A DNA stretch of 64,000 nt from Paramecium tetraurelia (GCA_000165425.1 CT868672.1:178048-242047); one strand, 5' to 3'; shown: positions 1 through 14,001, numbered from the stretch's first letter. The notes: generated by a model not told the origin, from the sequence alone. Numbers and translations: made by a program.

Positions 1-784
1 CACATTACAAGAGAGAAATTGATAATTTGAATATCTAAATTGGATAATTTAAAGAAACAATCTAACATTTAGAAAATCAGCAAATTGCTGAAAAAAGTTC
101 AGATGAACAAGAGTCCTTGTCTGAAAAATCAGTAAGGAAAGCATCCCAAAACTATTAAAAACAAAAAACTGTGGTGTTGAACAGAAAAAAGGTTTAAAAG
201 GTTAGTTTAAAAGAGGTGGAGATCATAGGAAAGGAATTAGCATTGAAACTGTAACTTGCTTAAATCCCATTCTCAAAATTAGACTCATTCCTTTATTCTA
301 AATCCTCTAGAGGCATAATTAATCTAAGTGAAATTGATGAAATTCTTAAGTAATCTCCGTTTGATTTACCTGATGACCAGGCTTTATTAGTTGCGAGATT
401 TCTTGCTGAACCTGAACAAGAAGAATGGATCTATTATGATAGTTATTAGACGAATGATGTTGTAATTGTTATTAGCATCTTCCGAAATCTGATCAAGCCT
501 TTTGAACTGCTTAACCCTCAGTATTATGATACAATACATCAAGAATTAAAATAGATTTTCAAACATAACAAGAACAAGTTAACCGATTATCTAATGTTAA
601 ACGGTGATAATTGTGATCTAACTTAGTTTAAGAAGGCATTTGAGTATTGTGACATTCCATTAACACAAGAGTAAGTTTTTATTTGATTTTTAGATAAGAA
701 ACCTATATTTCTATTAGAATGTATGAAAAGTATAGAAGGATTGAGAATTTAAAATACTAAGAAATAATTGATTACTTCAAATGA
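1..784 (+). CDS. 3' part of a coiled-coil hypothetical protein (5' end outside the window)
   Basis: Open frame under code 6 (...KELALKLQLAQIPFSKLDSFL...SPFDLPDDQALLVARFLAE...), 23-nt intron 671-693, ends IIDYFK-TGA at 782-784. Confidence 0.8.
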
Positions 785-796
785 TTATAATTAAAT

Positions 797-1733
797 TCAA
801 AATATTTAACAATTTATACATGTTTCTGATGAGCTTTCCTTTCTTTTGCTCTTTATTTCTTCCTATTTAAGTTAGTTGTTATATTTCCCTCTTTTGACTT
901 CGTAATGATCATCTTCGTCCAGAAAATCTTTAGACACAGATGTTAGATTTTATAAAGATTTAGTTCCTAAAAATGATTAGTCATTTAAATACTATCAACT
1001 GTGAGAATCGAATCATTCTTTGATTTTATTATTTCACAAAGTTTATCTCGAAACTCATCTATTAGATTGATTATTTCGGAATAGTATTAAATTTATCCCT
1101 ATATTTTAAGAAATTAGGAATCATTTATTATGTCTGAGAATGATTAATACAATCTATTGAATCTTTCATTGTTAAATGATTTTAATTATTAAAACTATTA
1201 TTACAGATTTTCCACTTCATTATGATAAATTTAATGTAATCTGAAAATGCAAATGCCATCAAACTCACTCCCATTATATATAACATCTTGTATTTCACTA
1301 AGTTCTGTAATCTAATTAAGTTTAAGGATTATTTTCTTTTGCAAAGAAGCAACACTCCTTCTATAAATATAGTGAAATACCCTTTGCTCTCTTGTTGAAT
1401 AAGCATATGACTCCTTTTTGACACGGACGATCCTACTATGGTTGGTATGTCCAGAGCAATTTTAATATCCTACATCGTACTATTTATTTATTTCAGCTAT
1501 CATTTAAAATAGAGATTACCTCTAAAATTCTATAGCAATAGTTCTTGATAATCTTTTCATCTACGTTGTAAAATTGCAGTTTTATGAGATTAATTGTTTC
1601 CTAAATGTACTCTATGTCAATATATTACATCAATTTAATCCTCCAGATTTGAATAGATTGGCCGAGATTCCTTTTTGAAGGCTTGAACATTATCAAACAA
1701 TAACTCAATGTCTTATTTTATTTTAAGAAGCAT
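797..1733 (-). CDS. Hypothetical protein with C-terminal CaaX-like motif (CQIF)
   Basis: MLLKIKQDIELLFDNV...; four tiny introns restore the frame; ends SSETCINCQIF-TGA. Confidence 0.75.
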
Positions 1734-2599
1734 GAGTAATTTAATAAAAATAAATTATCTTTCATTTATAATTGAGCATAACTTTAATAATAATACGAAT
1801 TATTTAACTTATTTCACAATAAAACAATATCTTTCATTAAAATTTTCGTATTATTATGAATAATTGAACTATAACTATATTATTTACAAGTTTAATTGCA
1901 AATAAACTTGCATTTCTCAAATTTTAGTAAACAAATTCATCCATTCAAAACTTACCAACTAGTTTTTATTCATTTTTTAGCATTTTACTTAAGTCTACCC
2001 TTATCACAATATTCATAAAAGATATATATAAATCTCATAGTTTATCCTAAATTTTTTGAGTTATTAAAAAAAGCCACTATACGAAATTTTATTTGTCTCA
2101 ATAAAGTAAATGTGAGTTAGAATCATTTCTGCATTTGATTAACTAGTTAGTTTTCCTTACTTACAAATTTAAAGGATCCTTTAATCATTATTTCATTATG
2201 TTTATTATAATACAATTTTATATTCATTTTATTCTTAATACTTATAGGAAAGGTATTCAGATATTTATTCTTGCCTTTTTAAAGACTCAAAAACAATTCA
2301 TCTATCAAATTCTATTCATCATAATTAGTAGAAAAATACAAAAAACCTTATCTCCTAAATATTAATTATTCTAGAATAAATGCTAAAGTTGGTTAAGGTC
2401 GATTGGAATTTAGATATTTAAGATATATAAATTTGACCCCTTTGAATAATATAATTTTTAGATAAAACGATAGAATCTTATCCTAGTCAACTACTATTTA
2501 CAAGCATTATCGGCTTAATAAGTTAAAGGTAATTAATTTATTAATTAGCCAAGTAAGATAATGAATAGATATTTTTATTGTGAATTACAAAATTATTTT

Positions 2600-3415
2600 T
2601 ATCAATATTTCAATATTATCTTAAACTTTATAGTTATTGTTGTTTTATGTTTCAACTAAATATTTTATTGTATCGACTCCAATATTTAACCTCAAATTAA
2701 TGATATCTCAATTATTCAATTGCTTTCATGCGTCCTTATTATTTCTTCAAATTTTTTATTCTTTTTATTTACAATACTTAATCTTCAGAATTGCAAATTA
2801 ATGTTAAGATAGTCTTCTTTATCTAGAAAATTTGAATAACTTAGATTATTTGCCTATAATCTTCTCATCTTCTTCATCTTTAAAAAATCAGCATCAACAT
2901 GAGTCCCTAAATCATTCTATATTTTTTCAATTCTTTTTATTAAAACTTATTTTTATACTTCACTAACCATTACATTCTTTTGCTCTTATCATTAATAGTT
3001 CTTGTTATTCTTTTGCATGTTCATTCAAATTCTTACCAGATAATGAAGTATATTTCTAATCTTTAGGGTAATATTTGACAGAATTTATATTCTCTTTTAT
3101 TTCAGATTCTAATGCAAATAGTGGTTCTCTTTTCTCAGCAATTTCCAGTTCTTTTTACTCATTCTATTTTTAATTTGGTTGTTCTATTTGGCCTTTAGAT
3201 CTTATTATTTAATCTATTTTCCTTCTTCATTTAAATGGCCCTTATTTTAATTCATTATTGTACTTAATCTACTAGTCTTTGAAGATCTCTAATTTATTTT
3301 TTAATTTCTTGCAACTCTTACCTTCTTTTTGAATGATTTTTGACTTTTTCAGTTCATCGAATTCATTTAATGGAAATTCATTCCTCCTTTTTTAAATCTT
3401 CTTATGAGTTTTCAT
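2600..3415 (-). pseudogene. Lys/Glu-rich coiled-coil gene, apparently frame-disrupted (3' end approximate)
   Basis: Starts MKTHKKIQKRRNEFPLNEFDELKK. Coding-like blocks continue, but I could not join them in one frame with canonical introns; several in-frame TGAs. Confidence 0.35.
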
Positions 3416-3486
3416 AAATTATTTTATAAATAAATTAAAATCAGCTTCTTTCAAAAATTTATAATCAGGTTGCAATAAGTATTAAC

Positions 3487-3942
3487 ATGGATAAGATTTC
3501 AGAATTCTTGATGTTTCTTCAGAAATAAAATAATAATATAGATTTTTAGTAAATCTATTGTGGAATTAAATAAATCTTAGGATAATGCCATTTCAATACA
3601 CCAGAGAATGAATTAATTTTGGGACATGACTAGACTCTGAAATTTTATCAACTTTAAGAGAAATTGACTCCAAAATATCAGAATAATAATTGTAAAATTA
3701 AAGTTTTTAAATTAGGATTTGGCTTTGTATTCCAAACCATAAAGATTGATTAATTTCTGTATTATTCCTTGGATTCTAAATCATTCCTTTAACATTAATC
3801 TTAACTATCAAAGTTAGGGGCCTAAGATCAAAATGAAAACTATGTAAATGGCTATTTATCTTTATATATATATTATTCAATTAAATATATATTTGCTTCA
3901 TCTCGTCATAACTTCAGTCAGAATATACGATAAAAACTATGA
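3487..3942 (+). CDS. Small hypothetical protein (~151 aa)
   Basis: Uninterrupted code-6 frame MDKISEFLMFLQKQNNNIDF...QNIRQKL-TGA. No recognisable motif. Confidence 0.45.
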
Positions 3943-4000
3943 TAAATATATAATTATATACTAATCTAATTAAGTTTTAAGGAATTATTATTAATTCCAT

Positions 4001-5495
4001 ATGAGTTGGAAAAAACTTCTGTCATTAAATCCAATCGAATTTGTAGACCAATAATTGGTTATTTGCAAAGGAGAACTTCCAAAAGGCTTAAGAGGGTCAT
4101 TATATAGGAATACAGTTTCAACAAAAAAGAGGAGAAATGGATTTCCTGGGCATTTATTTGATGGGGTTTTGATTTAAAATATATTGATTAGGATGGAGTG
4201 ATTTTGAAGATAGAATTTAAAGAAGATAGGGCAATTGCAACCTATAAATTTGTTTAAAATGAAGGATATGTAAATGAATAATAAAGAGATGGTAGATAAA
4301 TTTTATTTATAATTAGAGTATATTTACGCTGGCTTGGGTAGAACTTATACAGGAAACTTCTTTACCAAAATATTCAATTCTTTCTCATTTAAGAATCCTG
4401 CTAATACATCAGTATTACCCTTAAAGAGTGGAGAACTTTTAGCATTATGGGAAGGAGGATTACCAACAAATCTAAACAAAAGTGATTTAGCTACCATTGG
4501 ATTGACCAATGCCAATAGTTTATAAAATGCTGATACATTTTCTGCTCATCCCAAAATAGATCCAAAATCAGGAATGATATATAATGTAGGATTGACTCAT
4601 GGAATGAATTAAATGGTGAATGTATATGAAATGAATTAAAATGGGTAAATTATAAGAAGAAACTCTGCTTAAGTAAATGGAAGAAGATTTATGTTACATG
4701 ACTTTATTTTAGCAGGCAATTATTTGATTGCAATTATGTATTCTTAATTTGTGACAGACTTTCATAAAATTCTATTGGGCAGAAAGTCATTGGGTTAAGA
4801 TGTACTAGATGATGATTCTTAAGGAATATAAGTGTTTGTTTTCGATAGATCAAAAAATCTTTAGTTAATTGCAAATAGGATTAATTATTTCAAATTTAAT
4901 GTTTGGCATTACTCAAACGGCTATGTTGATGAAAATGGTAATGTAGTTGCATAAGCCATCACTTATCCTAATTATGAATTATACAATAGCTTTTTTGTTG
5001 AGAATCTTCTTAAAAATGGACTTATTGATTCTAAATCTTCCTATGATCGTTTGATAATCAATCCACTTACAGGCGAGATTTTACATAAGTAACAAATACT
5101 AAATGATTATCTTGAATTTCCTATTGTCCATGATGATGACGTTGGTTCAAAGTAGAATTTCACCTATGCAATTATCTAAGAAAGTAATTTTAAATAACTA
5201 TTTATAAGAAAAGGATGATTGGTTTAATGGAATTATTAGAATTGATGAAGATAACCCTTAAAATAGTTAAAGAAGATTTTATTAATAAGAGCAATATTTA
5301 ACAGAAGCATTATTTGTATAAGATAAGAATAAATAAAAAGGAGAGGGATGGTTAATTTTTGTAATCTTTGATGGAACTGTAGATAAATCTTTTGTTGAAA
5401 TCGTCGATGCTTTATCCTTCTAATCAGTCTGTTTACTATAATTACCTTAGCTAATTGCACCTAGCTTCCATGGTAGATTTGAATATTCACAGTGA
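4001..5495 (+). CDS. Carotenoid cleavage oxygenase (CCO/RPE65 family, non-heme Fe dioxygenase)
   Basis: GELPKGLRGSLYRN, HLFDGDG, KNPANTSV, LLALWEGG, plus four Fe-ligand His motifs FSAHPK, LHDF, WHYSN, PSFHG. Three tiny introns. Confidence 0.93.
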
Positions 5496-5862
5496 TTAAA
5501 GTGATATCGTAGAACATTCAGTATAAATAACAAAATTAGAATTCTTATTTTACTTAATTCTTTAATCTATTCTCATTTTATATAATCAAATCCTCTATTT
5601 AATTGATTTTGTTCTATTTAATATTTGATTAGTCATCCAATTTTAATGACACTTTTATGATGGAGTTCCTGAAAGATAATATATTAATATATATTTCTAT
5701 AATTTATTGTTATAATTTGATTTAATATATATTTCTAAAATATCATATCCATTAGATATTTAGTGTTTAATTATTTTTTAATTTAATCCATGCTATCAAC
5801 TTTGTCTAAACTTGTAAGTGAAAAATCTATGAACAATAAAATAAATTAATTAATATAAATTA

Positions 5863-6573
5863 TCATAATTATTGTTTTTTTTTAGTTTTTTAAAGTCTCA
5901 ATTCTTAGAAGCGTCCTGATTGTTACAATTATTAATCGGGCTTCGAAGTCGACATCTTAAGGTTTTCAATTTTATCTTGTAATTCTTTTTGCTATTAAAA
6001 TAGCTTGTCCCTAAATAATTCATCCAAATCATCTTGATATTTAACAAATTCTTAAATTCCTTTACTATTTGAACAATGTTCCTTCATATATTAATTTAGC
6101 TTAATATTATTATTCTAACTGTTCTTTAATTGCAATTTATTTCTATATTATTTTTGCTTAAAATAAAATTATTTTTCATTTTCAGGACTGTTTAATGTTG
6201 GATTAGTCTATTTTTCACTCGTTTGCGGTTATCTGTATTTTCTTTAGGAATTAAATGAAGTTATGGGAGTAATTTGAGGGCTGAGTTCTATAGTATGCAT
6301 AATTTTTTATGGTTTGCGAATCGTTACAACTGTAAGCTAAGAATCATTCATTGAAATCTTTCTAAACTTTTCGTATTGGTTCTGCGAGAAATCAATCTCA
6401 TTTGTTTGTTAAATCATAGAAGAGTTAGGCCTGTCGATCTGATTTTTTATAAACCTTTATCTAGCTTAATTTGCATAGGATAGTTTATATTGAAGAATAT
6501 TACTAATTTGATCTTTAGTTTTATCAATGAATAAGGATTGAAATGTAGTTTTGGATTAAGGAGATAATTACAT
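5863..6573 (-). CDS. Hypothetical protein (~236 aa, intronless)
   Basis: Continuous frame MQLSPQSKTTFQSLFIDK...KTKKKQQL-TGA; 711 nt. Confidence 0.65.
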
Positions 6574-6597
6574 TAATTAATATAATATCATATATAT

Positions 6598-7130
6598 ATG
6601 CAATTATCCAAAATTGTAAATTCTTAATATGCAATGTCTTTCCCATCCAATCATCAAACCAATTACATCGATAAGATTAAGTTTTTTGTTAGTTCCAGAA
6701 AATATCAGAAATTAGAAAATATTAGGATTATATTATTTTGCTCCTTGATAATGAAATCGCAGGAATGTTTTAGCAAATTTAAAAGTTCTCATTTAACAAT
6801 GCAGAAAAAAAGATTAGATAAGACAAGCCTAATTTCTAGCTTGGTTGATTGATAAATATTTTCTTGCATCCTCCCATGCCGATGGAGTCATTGGAGATGA
6901 AGCAGTATCATTTGAGTGAATGAATGCGATAATGATGATTGTTTATAGAATTTTTACTTAAAATATACAAACCTAAAATAACAATTAAAATTATACTCAT
7001 AGCTTTGTTAAAAGATATTATAACAAATAAAAGAAGAGAACAAATAATGATCAAGGCTCTCATTGCTTAATTTCACTATTTGATTATTTGATGTAAGAAG
7101 CCATTTGCATTTTTGATTCTTTTATATAAT
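6598..7130 (+). pseudogene. Degenerate coding remnant, weakly WD40-like
   Basis: Coding-like fragments in different frames (e.g. FLAWLIDKYFLASSHADGVIG) separated by TGAs. Confidence 0.25.
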
Positions 7131-7262
7131 GAAAATATGGATTACATATATTTAGTTTTAAATTTATTGCTCTATCATTCGATATTGGATATACAAATAA
7201 TCTTGATGGAGGAAGCATTAATAGTTAAAATTTTGGATGGGTCTCGTTTCGGATTAGTTTAA

Positions 7263-7858
7263 ATGCGATTGCAAATAAATATTTTGATATTATTTATTTT
7301 TTCTAAATTATTCCACAAGAGGAGCAAATGTAATGAATATTATTATTTTAGGTTACCAAGAGGATAGTAAAATATTAGATTAATTCGTTTATAGCGCTTT
7401 TATTAGTAATATCGGAATGATGTTGTATGTTTCTTGCTGGATGGCATAATACTGTTATCAAGCAAAATCCTACAATATTGCAGACTTAACAGGAATGGAC
7501 CATTATTAGACATGGGTGATAATGAATATCGCAGGAGCAAGTTGTCTCTTATTGGGCTTGTTGATAAGCTTAGCTAAAATTGCTATAGATTAAGCGGCCT
7601 TAGGATATGGATCATTAGGAATTAGTTTAATCGGATGGATTCTCATAACAATTGGAATGGGAATTGGGTCAGACACAGCTCAAGTTCATATTTTAACAAT
7701 ATAATAAGTTCAAAGACACCTCCCTTGATTATAATATTCCAGTGTCAAATTGGTTTGCAATGACAGGTATTTGTTTCCAAATTTCATTTAACGGATACGA
7801 ACATTCAATATAGGAAGATGATAGCACTGGTTAAACCAATAAGTAAGTAGAAATCTGA
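7263..7858 (+). CDS. Multi-pass membrane protein (5' end uncertain)
   Basis: Hydrophobic segments FVYSAFISNIGMMLYVSCWMA, WVIMNIAGASCLLLGLLISLA, LGYGSLGISLIGWILITIGMGIG; two tiny introns; ends KQVEI-TGA. Confidence 0.55.
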
Positions 7859-8363
7859 TTAATAAAATATATCAAACATCAATAAATTCATTATATAAAA
7901 AGATGGTTTCTTCTCTTTTTCACTAAATTAAACGAAATCCTATCAATTAATGAGTTATGGAGAATATAACTCATCTAGTGATGCTTTGGCAGAATGAAAT
8001 TTCGATAAACTTTATATATTAATTCCAATTTTTGAATATTTCAGATGCACATACTATTTAGCAATCTATATCAATATACTATCCTTTTCATTAGTATATA
8101 TAAAGAGTGCAACTTGAAGATTCCTTTGACCACTGAATGTTCAGTTTAATAAGAAGCTCAAAGAGAATATGTGTATCTTGAAATTGTGAAAAAATTCTGA
8201 TTTTGTTTCAAATGGAATTATTATCTTTTGAATATTGCCATAGAAAATACATATGGAAGTATATTTAATATGAAGCGAATAGAATTACAATCTGTTATTC
8301 TGAGAAGAGCCAATTCTATTTTGATTTTTAGATAAAAATAATTTAATAGTTAGTTATATATCA

Positions 8364-11300
8364 TCATTGTTTTTATTAATTAACTTTCCAACTTTCCTTT
8401 TTTCCATCGGGTCCTACAGTTTCTATTTCTATTAGATATATATAGTTTAAAAATACTCTTAGGAGATTGCTTGTTTAGTTCGTTTTCATCAACTGCTTGT
8501 ATTTACTCTTTTTAAGACGATTTCATTTTATTCTATGCAGAATCAACTCTGATATTTTAAGATTTATTCCTCTAAGGTTGTTCTTTGATATAAATATCTA
8601 ATTACATTTTTCTTAACTTTTGTCTTTTCCTTCCTTTTATCCTAAAGACTATTTTCGTTTTGTTGGCTACTTGACTTCCTCTGTTAACTTTTATTAAACC
8701 ACTATGATTAATAATATATGAATTACTTTATTTTTTATCTCTTTGTGCTGCAACTTTCTAGAATTCTAATTTTAATGCTCTTAATTTAGAATTCATTTCA
8801 GTTTTTTCCTCAGGCATATCCAAAAAGTACATTAAGCCTTGCATAGTCTTTGAACTGGTTGCATCCACTTGTTAATATTGATCTTCTCGTTCTCCCAGTG
8901 GCCCTTCTTCTGAAATTGCTTGATCCTTTTTTAATGCAATCATATCTATGGTTTTCATGTTATTTTCATATTTTTCATTCAGGAGATCAAAATATTTCTA
9001 TCCTTTTATGGCAATCCTCAATAATGCCTATTAAAATTCATGATAATTCATTCCCTTTGGTGGTATAGCATTAAAACCATTTTTTTCATTCAATTATTAT
9101 TGTTATCGTTCTCTTTCTCTTGTGATTGATCTGAAGATTAGTTATGCATCTTCAGGAGTAATAATAGCTGGATAAATGCTGAATTAAGAAGCAAAATTAG
9201 TAAACCCTTTGAATTGTAATAACTCTTTCTCGACTCCTGCATTTTCAATTTTCCAATCAGTATACTCTTGATAAGCATGATATATGGCTTATAATTATTT
9301 ATCATATTTCTTATATATGGATTGAATATCCTAATTTTGTTACATCTATTAAATCTTTTGATGCATTTACTTCTCCCTTTATCTTACTTCTTATTCTTAT
9401 TAAAGCATTATCTCCACATTGTTTTTCCATTCCTTCATTTCTTCTTTTGCTTTCTATTCCTTTTATTTCTCTTATTATTCTTTATCCTTAAACTCTTTCT
9501 TCTTTTGTTCCAACAACTTACTTACTTCTTCTTTCTATTTCTTCTAAAATTCCTCTCTTTATTTTCTTTCTAATTCTTATTTTTATTTTTGTATTTCCAC
9601 ATTCTAAGCCTCTTTTATTTTGCTTTCTTCTGCCATTTTTTCTTTATATTCTCTTAATTTTAACTTCTTTTCTTCTGCTTCTTTCTTTAATTATTCCTAT
9701 TACTTTTTCTCTCTTTCTGCTTTTTCAATCATCTCTTATCTCTCCTCTTACTTCTTAAGTTATTCCTGTTCTTCCTTCTCTCTCTTTTTTCTCAAATATT
9801 CCTATTTTAACTTTTCCTAATGTTTTTGTCTTTTCTCCTCAGCATCCATCTTCTTCTATTCTTCTTCCTATTACTTCAATAATTTATCTTCAATGGCTCT
9901 ATTAATGACTTTCTTCTATTATGAGTTATCTCTCTATTTCACTTAAACAACTTGCTCCTGTTATTGCTGTGGATTTGGTTTGACTTTCCAAATAATCTTT
10001 ATATCCGATAAAGGTTCCATAACATTAGTTTTAAATGTTTCCGAAATCAATTAATTGACTATTTCATGACAATCAAGCCATGCATTTTCAATTCCCAATA
10101 TTGCTTACTATCTGTATTCATATCGTTAATTCAATTATTTTTCTGTAACTTTCTTGAACTTACTAGGAACAGGTACATCTTGAGTTTACAACTGTAAATT
10201 TAACTATCTAATAATATCTCTATCTGGATCAATATTGATATTATCTGGATCCAAAAATATGAGGTGATTTTCATCTAATTAATTTATTATAAATGTTATA
10301 CTTTTTGATTTTGCAATTGAACCAAAATTTTGCATAAACTATTCCAAACATTATCCTGCTGGTTTTCTTTAAAAGGTGTATCCTTCAATTTTCATCGACA
10401 GTTAAGCAAGGAACCTCTCGAAATTCTACTAATCTAAACTAAATTGATCACTCTTATTTTCAGAATATTTCTGATTTATAGCTTTGACATATGCTTGAAT
10501 TTCCTCCTTAGACATATTCACTTAATAATCTTTCAACATTCTCATTATATCAGATAACTATATAATTTCATACTATTCCTAAAGTTCCCCAAAGTACTAT
10601 TTTTTACTTGCCTAATTAGTCGTGTTAGAGTATTTGGAGAATAGATATTTCATAGCTTTATGATTCTTCTTAATAGCCACGCTCATCGATTCATAGTCGT
10701 GAGTCTCATGATCATCAAGATCAATCAATTCAACCTTCTTTTCATCTGCTTTCTCAATTACTTTCCCAGTAGTTCTTTTCTAAATCTCCTATTATGCCTT
10801 CTTTTGTAATATCTCTATTCTTTTTCTCTTTTCCTCCTCTTCCTATTATTTCTTCAGCAGTTCTTCCTCCTTCTTTAATTTTATGTTAGCAATATTTTCT
10901 AAGACTTTAGGGTCCACTTATTAAGGCTTCTTCTTCGTTTATTACTACTAAGTATTTGGAGTTGGAGCAATTGGTTACTTTCCTCTCTCTAATTCAACAA
11001 CTCTCTTTTTGAACCCCACACCATTTTGAGCCAAAAACTTCTTCTCATCCTCCAATTCCTTTTGTCTTAAAGCATTAAAAGGATCACCATCATTTTAATA
11101 TCTTTTCTCACTCTTTACAGTTTAAGGAGTTTGCTCAGCAGAATGCAATTGCTAATTTTACACAAACTCATTATCAATAATTAGTTGAGATTACTTTAGT
11201 ATTTCATCCTATTCCTATTTTTCAGCCTCCCATTATGATTTAATAGTCTAAACTATTTTATCGGGATTACCAAACATATTCAATAGCGTAATCACTCCCT

Positions 11301-13385
11301 TATCCTTAATACTTATAGCTTGTCTAATTATAAACAATAACATAATACAATTCGATATAGAAATGACATAACAAGGGTTTAATTTATTCATTTAATTCAT
11401 CTTACTGCATATTTATTATGAACTTAATTAATTCAATTATTTAGGCTCTTTTTTAAGCTTCCAGTATCTCATGATCATTATTGTGTTATTGTAATGCAGA
11501 GAGGATGGACAAATCATTTGTTTTAACCTATTATCTCTTACTCTTTAAGCTGCCATAATGTAGTGCTAGTCCAATTTTGCAAAGCTTAAAAGCATATTCT
11601 CTCAACAAAGGTGATTCTGCAAATCGAGCCAAAAGCACTTGAATTGGATTTAATGATAAATGCGACATTGTCACACTATTTAAGTATATTTTAGCAAGCA
11701 AATCCAATAATAATATTGCCAACCTTATTTTCATCTTTGGATGTTTACTAATAAATTTAAATAACATCATATCTGTTAAGTTAACTAAAGCATCATTCAA
11801 CATCACTTGCTTAATCAATGGTTCTATTAGAATGTCGATGGGAATAGATGAGTATTTTTGAATTAAATACATAAAATTGTTCAACATGAATTCTCTGACA
11901 TCTAGTTCATTGTAATTTTCAATTAGCGTAAAGGTCAGTTTCTTATAAAGAACTGCTGCATATGGATTTCTATCTGTAGCTAATTTGTCTAGCAAACGGA
12001 ATAGCATATTAAGTGAGAAATATTTCAAATTATTGGAGGAATCTCTAGTGCCCTTTTTCATCAAGAACAAGAATTGGTTTGGATAATTTTAGTCTTCTTC
12101 AAATTAAATGGGATATAATAACCAATTTAAAGTTAAATACTTAAGCCCTTGTATCTTAATCGGCAACTAGTCAGAATCTGACATTTTTAATGCTGCTGAA
12201 GCCCAATATTACACAATTCCTTATTGAATTAATTCATCCTTCAATGTTTTCTATTAGTAGAGAAATTCAATCAAAGAATTTAACATGTCAACACATTTAT
12301 CTGCTAATTATTTCTTGAATTACACAGTAAAGAAATCAACAATATTAAATCTTGCTACTTAACTGTATAATTCACAGATTTAACTCAGTAAATTTGGATG
12401 CCTTTACATGCATAGAAATGTTGCTGCCAATCCTCCATTTTCCTTGCAGAACCATTCGTATCCTAATTAGTGCATTTCCATTTCAGAAAGTTCGAAATAG
12501 GTTCTTCCCATTATCCTTAAAGTCCAAAGAGTAATTTCTTATTCTTTAGATAAAAGACCTGGTTTTATAGTAGCAAAAAAATAGTGCACATTTGAGTCTT
12601 GCTATTCTAGAAAATTGAATACTCTAGAGATATTGGCATATATATCACTTAACCAATTTATCAAAGTTTCAAATTCTCCCTTGACTCCTTTAACAAGTAA
12701 ATGGGCTAAATATTTGTTACCATTTGATAATAAAGATGCAGCTTGTTAAGGTTTTAAAGTTAGATGTTTAGATAGTCCTGTAATAAAAAATTCAAGTAAG
12801 GACTTAGAATCATTCAATGGTTTTTTAATATCTAATTCATCTAAAATTAATTCGTTATTATTTCCCTGAATATCGTATTTCGTTTATGGTAATTTTGATG
12901 GTGGTCTGCTGGGAGGCTTCTTTTAAGATTCGAAGGAGGAATCCTCTGAGGATCTAACTGATCCTCTTGTTTATTATTTTCTATTAATTTGATTATCTAA
13001 TTCCATCATATCTTTTAGCAATTCATTCATCATTTCTGTATCGCCATTTACAATTAAATTTTTAATATCGTTATCTAAAGGCAAGTTTATTTTTTGAAAT
13101 GCATCTTATAAAATATTCCAATTGAATAATTTAACTCCTGGAGTTAATTAATTTTTCATTTGTTCACTTAAATTTGGGACATGCTTAAAATTAAGATGTG
13201 ATTTTTACAATGGATCTCACTTCTAGCATTTTATTTAGGGCTTCTCCGAATTTGATGCCATTAATAAATAATTTGCTTTGGTTCTCATCCAATTCAACCT
13301 TACCAGTGTTCTTCACTTATTGAGGTTTAACGATAGTAAGGGACAAAAGCCATTTATAGACATCATGATCAAGTGAAACTTTCAT
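8364..13385 (-). CDS. Large (~1600 aa) protein: N-terminal calponin-homology-like (SPEF1/CH_2-type) domain, helical core, long E/K/Q coiled coil
   Basis: MKVSLDHDVYKWLLSLTIV...KLFNWNILQDAFQKINLPLDNDIKNLIVNGDTEMMNELLKDM. Includes track ORF 11531-12070. Ends GPDGKKESWKVNQQKQ-TGA. Confidence 0.8.
9430..9900 (-). repeat. Low-complexity Glu/Lys/Gln-rich coiled-coil coding tract
   Basis: Pyrimidine-rich plus strand (ttcttc, ttcctt) corresponds to GAA/AAG/TAA codons on the minus strand inside the 8364-13385 gene. Confidence 0.8.
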
Positions 13386-14001
13386 AAATATTTTTAATAT
13401 TATTATACTAACATAATTTAATTAACCATCACAAATTTTGTATTTTCCAGATTTATCGAATCCGCTCTACTATTCTTTCTTCCATTCTTCTTTATAAATT
13501 CAATCTGATAACCTAATTGAAATACCAAAGGCTACCTTATAAAATTTGGATAATAACTACAATATCAATAGATATTGAGAGATACTCCATAAACAAATTA
13601 AAATCAAACAAACTTATTTACTTAGGATAAATAAATTACAATGAATTAATTTTTATCCTTCATTTAATGAAATATAAACCGAGAAAGTTTAATTGATAAA
13701 TAAACTGATTGGTAATTTACAAATTCCAAATTTTATTTCTTCTAATTTAAATATTATACTTAGTAAAAAATACTAAGGTTATAATTATGTAGAAAATGAT
13801 TCTTGGTAATATTTCAATTTTAATTTAATAAATTGCCATAATTTGTATAAATTTAATAAAATTAATTTATCTATTTTAGATAGAAGATTTTCTTTTCAAG
13901 ATTTCAACAAATAATAATTGATTTTAATAGAATACATTAATAAGATCCAGGTTATTATTAAAATTACTATTACACAAAAATAAAAAATCAATTATTTAAC
14001 T

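Noticed and set aside
7950..7974. 9-bp perfect inverted repeat ATGAGTTAT-N7-ATAACTCAT
   Set aside because: Expected by chance in 64 kb of very AT-rich sequence; no supporting context.
8850..9820. Leu/Phe-rich plus-strand ORFs in the track that look like membrane proteins
   Set aside because: They are antisense shadows of the E/K/Q coiled coil of the minus-strand 8364-13385 gene.
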